In this document: positions 51,583 through 59,135 of the stretch, piece after piece | Layout: every line of letters begins with the position of its first letter | How positions within the stretch are numbered: position 1 is the first letter of the stretch | From: Octopus bimaculoides | Lineage: Eukaryota | Length of the DNA stretch: 59,135 nucleotides | NCBI RefSeq assembly: GCF_001194135.2 | Contig: NC_068994.1 | Coordinates: forward strand, 29,550,519-29,609,653 | Reading direction: 5' to 3' | Notes under the pieces: generated by a model | What the model was told of the DNA's origin: nothing | Database searches by the model: none | Seen by the model: the letters and a program-made list of their open reading frames with translations, nothing else | Translations under genes and position numbers: made by a program

Positions 51583-52511
51583 ATAATAATAATAATAATG
51601 ATAATAATAATAATAACAATNNNNNNNNNNNNNNNNNNNNNNNNNNNNNNNNNNNNNNNNNNNNNNNNNNNNNNNNNNNNNNNNNNNNNNNNNNNNNNNN
51701 NNNNNNNNNNNNNNNNNNNNNNNNNNNNNNNNNNNNNNNNNNNNNNNNNNNNNNNNNNNNNNNNNNNNNNNNNNNNNNNNNNNNNNNNNNNNNNNNNNNN
51801 NNNNNNNNNNNNNNNNNNNNNNNNNNNNNNNNNNNNNNNNNNNNNNNNNNNNNNNNNNNNNNNNNNNNNNNNNNNNNNNNNNNNNNNNNNNNNNNNNNNN
51901 NNNNNNNNNNNNNNNNNNNNNNNNNNNNNNNNNNNNNNNNNNNNNNNNNNNNNNNNNNNNNNNNNNNNNNNNNNNNNNNNNNNNNNNNNNNNNNNNNNNN
52001 NNNNNNNNNNNNNNNNNNNNNNNNNNNNNNNNNNNNNNNNNNNNNNNNNNNNNNNNNNNNNNNNNNNNNNNNNNNNNNNNNNNNNNNNNNNNNNNNNNNN
52101 NNNNNNNNNNNNNNNNNNNNNNNNNNNNNNNNNNNNNNNNNNNNNNNNNNNNNNNNNNNNNNNNNNNNNNNNNNNNNNNNNNNNNNNNNNNNNNNNNNNN
52201 NNNNNNNNNNNNNNNNNNNNNNNNNNNNNNNNNNNNNNNNNNNNNNNNNNNNNNNNNNNNNNNNNNNNNNNNNNNNNNNNNNNNNNNNNNNNNNNNNNNN
52301 NNNNNNNNNACTTCCCTTGGCAAACAGGACACAGTAGTGTGTCGATAAGCCAGCTGGAGGAGATGTCCTCCTGGGGCTAAAAGCAACAGTAACATCCACC
52401 CCTAGGGGTCAGCCACACTTAAGTGGCAATATACTACACTCTCTCTCTCTATATATATATACATACACACATACATACTTTTATTAAAAAGCATAAAAAA
52501 TATCACAAAAA

Positions 52512-52549
52512 CTGTTACTCAGAGTTTCACGTTCCCGTTCGTCGGACAG
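52512..52549 (-). ncRNA. Minimal type I hammerhead ribozyme candidate with U4C core
   Basis: Minus strand CTGT-CCGACGA-ACG(GGAA)CGT-GAAA-C(TCTGA)G-TA-ACAG; stem I extends to 8 bp (AAAACTGT/ACAGTTTT). Confidence 0.65.
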
Positions 52550-54591
52550 TTTTGTTTAGAATATATATCTATCTAATTTTGCATTGAACCTGCAATTTGT
52601 AGACTGTTTTAGTCAACTGTAATCATACGAAAAAGTTAGGAATGAAGAATAAGTAACTGGATGCAAATAATAGGTGAAAAAATAAGCAATATTTCGAACC
52701 TGAATCGAAATGTAGAGTGTGATGTCATTTAAATGATCAATTAACTTATCGGATCTGATGGTATGTATGACGCATATTTTTTCCAGAGAAATGTCTCAAA
52801 GAAAAAAATCCCTCCTTTCGGGTTCTATATGCGAAGTTGGGCTCGTATTACATGCTTTAATGCACTAAAAACTCTTTTTCTGAATATGCGCTTCTGAAGT
52901 TCGGGTGCGTCTAATATTGATTTCAAATTTTGGTATAAGGCAGCAATTTCGCGAGAGGGGTAAGTCGATTACATCGACCCCTGTATTCAACTGGTATTTA
53001 TTTTATCAATCCCTCGGCGNNNNNNNNNNNNNNNNNNNNNNNNNNNNNNNNNNNNNNNNNNNNNNNNNNNNNNNNNNNNNNNNNNNNNNNNNNNNNNNNN
53101 NNNNNNNNNNNNNNNNNNNNNNNNNNNNNNNNNNNNNCTATTTTTTCTTTTTGTAAAATTTGTCTTAGCAAGACTATTGCAGTATTATTGTAACAGATTG
53201 TTAAACCACATCATTTTTATTAATTTCATACTCATTACAAATATACGAATAAGAATTTGTTTTAATTAATGCTATTTTAAGTAAATGAATATTTTTATTT
53301 TCAAAATTAGCATTCAAATTAGTATTTCGTAAAAATACCAAACATTGAAAAAAGGAAAAGAAAAACAGCGTACTTATATAACATTATTTAACATAGCACA
53401 CAATAGTAATGAATATTATTAAAATTAAAACATTGTCATGTAATGAGTAATATTTTCCTAATAATAGTCACTGTCGGTTTTTTGGTCATAAAAGTCACGC
53501 AGTCTCATATGGAATTAAATATGTTACATCGGTAATGGATTAATTGTTAACCTATAGTATTGTTATTGATAATATATAATATTTGTTGGAAATATACAAA
53601 TAAGAAACTTTTAAATTAACTTTTATTTTGAAATATTTATTTTTAAAATTAGTATTCATTTCATTATTTTGTATAAAACGCAATGAAATATGATAAAAGC
53701 GAAATAATAAATATTGTATCTATGTGACATTACCTGCTATTACTCATAGTAGCAAAAGTATATGCAAACGTTACCCGTTACACGATGGGTAACACTCTGG
53801 GACATACATACATACATACGTATGTATTCTTTTATTTCAAGGGTTCAGTCGATAATATCAACCACAGTACTTTTATTAAAGTTTGATATATATACACACA
53901 CGCGAGCGCGCACGCACACACGCGAGCTCGCACGCACACACGCGAGCGCGCACGCACACACATACATATCTTTGTTGAACTGCCAAGTTACGGTACATAA
54001 AGAGATAGCTTAGTTTTCTAATTGGTGTAATGTAGTGACGGGCATAAAGGCAGGTAGACAAGATTTCACTGGTACCAATACATTTTCTGGAACCCAAGCG
54101 GGAGAAATGCTACATCATTACCCAGCTACTTCTGGCAACTCAACGAACATTACAGTCCATACGAGCTTTGATGAAACATTATTACTAAAAACATTATTAC
54201 CAGTATGATACCTGCGAATCCTAGTAGTCCTGTAATTTACGTACAGCAGAAAGCTTTCACGCCCTATGCACTCATGAACCACTGTTTAATGAAAATTCAA
54301 ACCTAAGACCTATCTGAACTATCTACCTGTACTCAATCTAGATAGGAAATCTGTAATTTAACCTCATCCACACACCTATACATATACCACAACGTCTACT
54401 GAAGAGCATTATCATATAATACAACATGGATATCTATTGAGTCTGAATGATGGGAATACATGGCTCACTATACAAGATTGTTCGACCATTATACTTTCAG
54501 AGGCATGGAATTAATAATAACTTGAATTTAATTAGAAATAATTATTATTGAAATTATTATTCTTTGGTTGACAAGACAAACAAAAAACTCA

Positions 54592-54920
54592 CTAAATTTT
54601 GAGAAACATAGTAGTATAAACCCATTTAATTAATGGTATGAAATCCATTAGCACAATAGAGATAAATGGGATTATAACTACGACCAAAACCGTCGATCCA
54701 ATGAAGAAAGAGGATTCTCGCAGGTCTTTCATGCTATTTTTCGATCGAATGTATTTGGAGGTACTCTTGCGCGGCATAATGAGTTCGATTTCTAATTGTT
54801 TCAATCTCTCGTTCAGTTCTTCCGCTGTCAAGTTCCTTGGTTTAGTTTCACAACATAAACACGAATAACTAACTGGTGCAGTCCGCGTAAAATCGATATT
54901 AGTGTTCTGCTCAAGTGTAG
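54592..54920 (-). CDS. Terminal coding exon of a single-pass membrane protein (CxCC motif, coiled coil, TM helix); upstream exons not resolved
   Basis: Pyrimidine tract plus AG acceptor (54922-21), phase 1, 108 full codons to TAG: ..SCLCCETKPRNLTAEELNERLKQLEIELIMPRKSTSKYIRSKNSMKDLRESSFFIGSTVLVVVIIPFISIVLMDF.. Confidence 0.72.
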
Positions 54921-55395
54921 CTGTAATGACAGAAGAAAAGCAAATAAAGAAAATGGAAATTGTACCTGTTTGAAGGTTTGTTATTATAATCACGGTGTAA
55001 GCCCTTCTGTTCTCGTATGTATATCGATTAGTATGCGCACACACGTGTAAATGCACATGCATTCACATATTCCTGAATGTTCGATTCAATTGTCACTTTT
55101 AACTCAACGCTCCAGTATCACCACTGAATCTATGCATAAACCATTGTATTATATTTACCTGAGAAAGCTATTTGTTTATCTTTCAATATCATGTAATATC
55201 TGTTAAATTGCTGATAACAAATATATAACGCACCGAATGTGAAACATTAGAATAACCATAGATAGTGTCCCATCTGTCTGGAAGATATTCACTGTATGTA
55301 ATATGCACAACTACCGGTATATTTCTACGATACACATGTATTACACATGTATAAACGATACACATGTATTACACATGTATAAACGATACACAATG

Positions 55396-55655
55396 TATTG
55401 GGTTGTCACATAAATTCGATGGTTTTTTTCCCTAATTTCTTTTAATCCTTTCGAATATTATTTGAATTAACGTATAAAATATTTTTATGATAGTGTTTTA
55501 TGCGTTTTCTTTCGTTGCTTTACTCTTCCTCTACAACTTTTGTTTATCGTCTTTGAAATTTGAATAAATTTTTAAATTGTCGATGAAAAATAAAGATTAA
55601 GATAGAAAAAAAGGTGGTGCTAATGGGACGAACGAATTTTTCTCACAACCCAATA
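55396..55655. mobile_element. Tc1/mariner-type MITE (~260 bp)
   Basis: TIRs tattgggttgtcacataaattcg / cgaatttttctcacaacccaata. Confidence 0.8.
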
Positions 55656-56220
55656 CAGTATCATTTGCCAGAAGAGCTGTCACGGAATGGTCACGTAGTA
55701 ATCGAAGTACAATAAAAAGAAAATAGCTACTTAAAAGTATCTTCCTAAACGTTGGGGAAACAAAAGTCATGCGCTACTGTAAAATTGTGGGGAATGAGAC
55801 TATAGCGGTTGTCGTTGACTGTTCAAGTGCGTGTTATTAAATGGAAAAAAACAATTAGTATGAATCACCATAAGGCATTTTTGTGTATAAATATATTGTT
55901 TATTGTGTGTTCACCTTTTGTGATGAAAGCATATAGTATGATACAAAAATGTATGTTTACATACAAAGAAAGTTCTTGATTTTTGCTTTTGCACTGAAAG
56001 AAGTAACATATAATATTTGTATTACAGTATGTATGCATGTGTGTAATGAGAAGTCATTTTGAGAATGTGTGTGATAAAATATTTTCGTTTACGAATCATA
56101 TATCTTGTGTCGAGGTGAATAGACATGTGAGTCGCACGTGGGAGATTGCGCGTAGAGCTGCAGAGAAACATGTGTCTTTGACTGAAGCCTGGCAGGAACT
56201 GAGAGTTTCTACAGTGTAGC

Positions 56221-56296
56221 TCAAAACGAGGCTAGTTTCTCAGAACAAGGCTACTGTATCAAAGCAAGGCTAGTGTGTCAAAGCGAGGCTATACGC
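56221..56296 (+). repeat. 19-bp minisatellite, 4 copies
   Basis: tcaaaacgaggctagtttc / tcagaacaaggctactgta / tcaaagcaaggctagtgtg / tcaaagcgaggctatacgc. Confidence 0.8.
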
Positions 56297-56379
56297 CGCA
56301 TCGATATATTCGTCTGCTGTGCAGGTCGACTCACATATTACTATGTAATATGTAGCACTGCTACAAGACTACTCATTTA

Positions 56380-56910
56380 CGTATTTCGGTCAGAATGTAG
56401 CCATGCAGGGAAACCGCCTTGAAGGGCTTAATCAATTAATTCGATCTCAGAATTTATTTTCTTTTTAAATCTAGTACTTATTCTATCGGTCTCTTTTTGC
56501 TGATAAGTTACGGGGACGCAAGCAAACCAGCACCTGTTGTCAACAACCGTGAGACACAAACACATGCACAAATGTGAAAGGAAACGGAAAAATAAAAACG
56601 TGACATTGCCATGTCTGCTGTAAACCGTAGAGCTACGCTAAGCACTGCTCTAAAGTGACACCACCACCATTGACCACGCAAATTAGTAGATTTAAACCAA
56701 GTAGCTACAATGTCATACCAGGGACCTGTTAATGGGAATCTCAGTTCACACAGAATCAAGATACAATGTGAAGGCCTTCTGTACAGTTTCTGTCTCTAAA
56801 TCCACGCACAAGGCAGTGATTGGCCTAGTACAGGGTGCTTGCTTAAGGTGCCGAGCAGTGGAATTGAATCCAAAGCTAGGTAGTTACGGTGCGAACTTTT
56901 AACTACCAGC
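56380..56910 (-). mobile_element. Degenerate, split family B SINE
   Basis: ctagtacttattctatcggtctc..aagttacggggac (as at 9310-9365) and a reversed head aaggtgccgagcagtggaattgaatcc. Confidence 0.65.
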
Positions 56911-57572
56911 CATACCTGCTCCTAATCTACAAGACCTGTTACTTTTGCGCGCGGATTATCAGTTTTCGTTCATTTCGAAAGCTATCGGTGCACGAGGCTG
57001 TTTTTTGTGACAGAAAGCTTCTGTGGGAAAATTTTCTCTGCCAATATTTTAGATGACCAAATCAATGAATGTTTTTTACTACAATCCGTTATATTCTCTA
57101 AATCATTCTAAGATCGTGTGAGTGCTAATCATAAAATGCCTCGTTAAGGGGATCTAACAAGAGCGAAGAAGTCAGAGTTGTCTCTTGTATGAACAGAAAA
57201 CCAGATTCACCCTCCATTGCATATCGACATTCAATTTTTAATAAATTTGTGCTCTGGAGGTGTTTTCTTTGCCTTTTTTGGCAAGAAATATCATTAACAC
57301 TCGAATAGTTTTTCGTTTCGTTATGGGTGTTATTTAATCAATTAAACATTCATTTTGGTTCACTGTATTAAGTATGTTAATCCCGATTAACTATAAAACA
57401 TTTTATACAGAATGCATCCTTGGCAAATTTGTACATTAAATTGACTTGGCATCAGATTAAAAAAAGAAAAAGAAAGGAAAGAAAGGAATTTTCCTATATA
57501 TTAAAATATTCTGTCTGCTGAATGGATGGCAAAGTTCTCTGAAACAACCAAACATTCACCATTCTTTACTCG

Positions 57573-57652
<80 letters not shown>

Positions 57653-57990
57653 TTATATATTACATGTCCCACACATCTGAACAATATACGTATACAGCTC
57701 TAATTTGTCTATCAACTCAGTAACAAGCTATTCTTATGTCTGTGAATGTGGCGCAAAACGAAAAAACAACAAAAAACAAAACAAAGCAAAATAAAACAGA
57801 ACAAACAATTATCAACATGGGATATGAGAAAACAAGACGGGAATCAGTGATTTTCTTTTACTTGCTGTGTCTCGAGGGCGATGCTTCCGGCCTTCATAGG
57901 TCCTTCAAAGCTGGCGAGATCGATGCCTTTAATGTTTAAACCGTTTTAAATCATCTACGGGTGTTTTGCGTAGGCAGAAATAATCGTAGC

Positions 57991-58223
57991 GAGGCGGCGA
58001 GCTGGGAGAAACGTTAGCACGCCTGGCGAAATGCTTAGTGGTATTTCGTCTGCCGCTACGTTCTGAGTTCAAATTCCGCCGAGGTCGACTTTGCCTTTCA
58101 TCCTTTCGAGATCGATAAATTAAGTACCAGTTACGCACTGGGGTCGATATAATCGACTTAATCCGTTTGTTCGTCCTTGTCTGTCCCCTCTGTGTGAGGT
58201 CCCTTGTGGGCAGTAAAGAAATA
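57991..58223 (+). mobile_element. Full-length family A SINE with 15-bp target-site duplication
   Basis: agaaataatcgtagc at 57976-57990 and again at 58224-58238. Confidence 0.92.
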
Positions 58224-58946
58224 AGAAATAATCGTAGCAATTAGTGTGAACCACGGGGCGGGGGGTCGTATACAACGAGAGTGATGAGAACAGGTGAGAC
58301 AAATTGGTGTGGAAGACCATCCGTGAAGGAAGTATAGGACTAACCAACTCCGAGGGACAGAGTAAGTATAGAAACAGCAGAAAAATAGAGGCGACACTCT
58401 AAATGTGAGCCTGGGACTGGAGTGTATCGGGTATATTTAGTAAAGATGAAAGACATGAAGGATTCTGAAGTATAACTGTGTTCATAAAAACCAGAATGTC
58501 ATTGGAAAGTAGTGTATTCAGAATGACATGGATTTTATTTTAGTAATTGTGAAAAGGAAACAGATTGACATGTTACTAGAAGGTTGTACTCATGTAGCAT
58601 AAATAGAGGATTCTGTAATTTGGTGTTCATGTACACTAAAAGTGGCATAATGAAATCTTGTTACAAGTACAATTGAAATTTTAGCTTATTTATGCAATGA
58701 AAAGCAAAAAGAAGGCTGACAAGGAAGCGATGTGCTGAAAGTATGGCACCATGCAGAAGTTATGGTAACTCTTCAACGTATTTCATTCACATAATGTAAG
58801 AATGTATTCTTCCCAGGAACTACTTTAGATCAATTGTTGTAAGGTTTTAAGTTTTTACCCGTCGCTTGGTTTAACACCACCGCCTTCGGTTTGGGTGCAT
58901 TTAGCAAGTACATTGAAGTCATCTCGCCGGCCTGAGAACACCTTTC

Positions 58947-58947
<1 letters not shown>

Positions 58948-58992
<45 letters not shown>

Positions 58993-59135
58993 AGTCTGTC
59001 AGTCAGTCTGTCTGTCTGTCTGTCTGTCAGTCTGTCAGTCAGTCAGTCTGTCTGTCTGTCTGTCTGTCTGTCTGCGTCTGTCTGTCTGCCTGTCTGTCTG
59101 TCTACGTCTGTTTGTCTGTCTGTCTGTCTGTCTGT
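58948..59135 (+). repeat. (TCTG)n/(TCAG)n compound microsatellite
   Basis: Read directly; one of many (CA)n, (TA)n, (ATGT)n, (ATC)n, (ATT)n and (TAC)n tracts in the window. Confidence 0.95.

Noticed and set aside
53720-53800. Hairpin ttacccgt-tacacg-atgggtaa as a Helitron 3' end
   Set aside because: No clear CTRR terminus and no linked Helitron sequence I can support.
55327-55390. 28-bp tandem duplication next to a MITE
   Set aside because: Simple slippage product of (TACACATGTA)-type sequence.
56221-56296. Regularly spaced repeats as a CRISPR array
   Set aside because: No unique spacers, eukaryotic context and no cas genes; it is a minisatellite.

Overview
AT-rich, microsatellite-dense animal genomic DNA with many N gaps. 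The SINE families, simple-repeat load and single-exon C2H2 gene suggest a coleoid cephalopod (Octopus-like); this is inference. Host genes I can support: an intact 535-aa C2H2 zinc-finger ORF (24545-26152, +; 2+9 fingers, N-terminal Cys cluster), an intron-containing tRNA-Lys(UUU) gene (6456-6549, +), and a minus-strand terminal exon (54592-54920) encoding a Cys-motif/coiled-coil/transmembrane C-terminus. The rest is mostly mobile-element debris: at least six Penelope-like (PLE) fragments, RTE LINEs, two mariner remnants, MITEs, a Helitron helicase remnant, a probable AcademX remnant and many tRNA-derived SINEs. Highlights: a complete minimal hammerhead ribozyme with a branched 61-nt stem II in an inverted PLE pLTR (2247-2334), a second hammerhead with a U4C core (52512-52549), recurring fold-back duplications at PLE 5' ends, the Lys(UUU) tRNA intron, a Mac1-type Cys motif in the zinc-finger protein, a head-to-tail SINE array and an apparently CpG-decayed domain. 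Element boundaries are read by eye and are approximate unless exact motifs are quoted. No CRISPR arrays or rRNA were seen.
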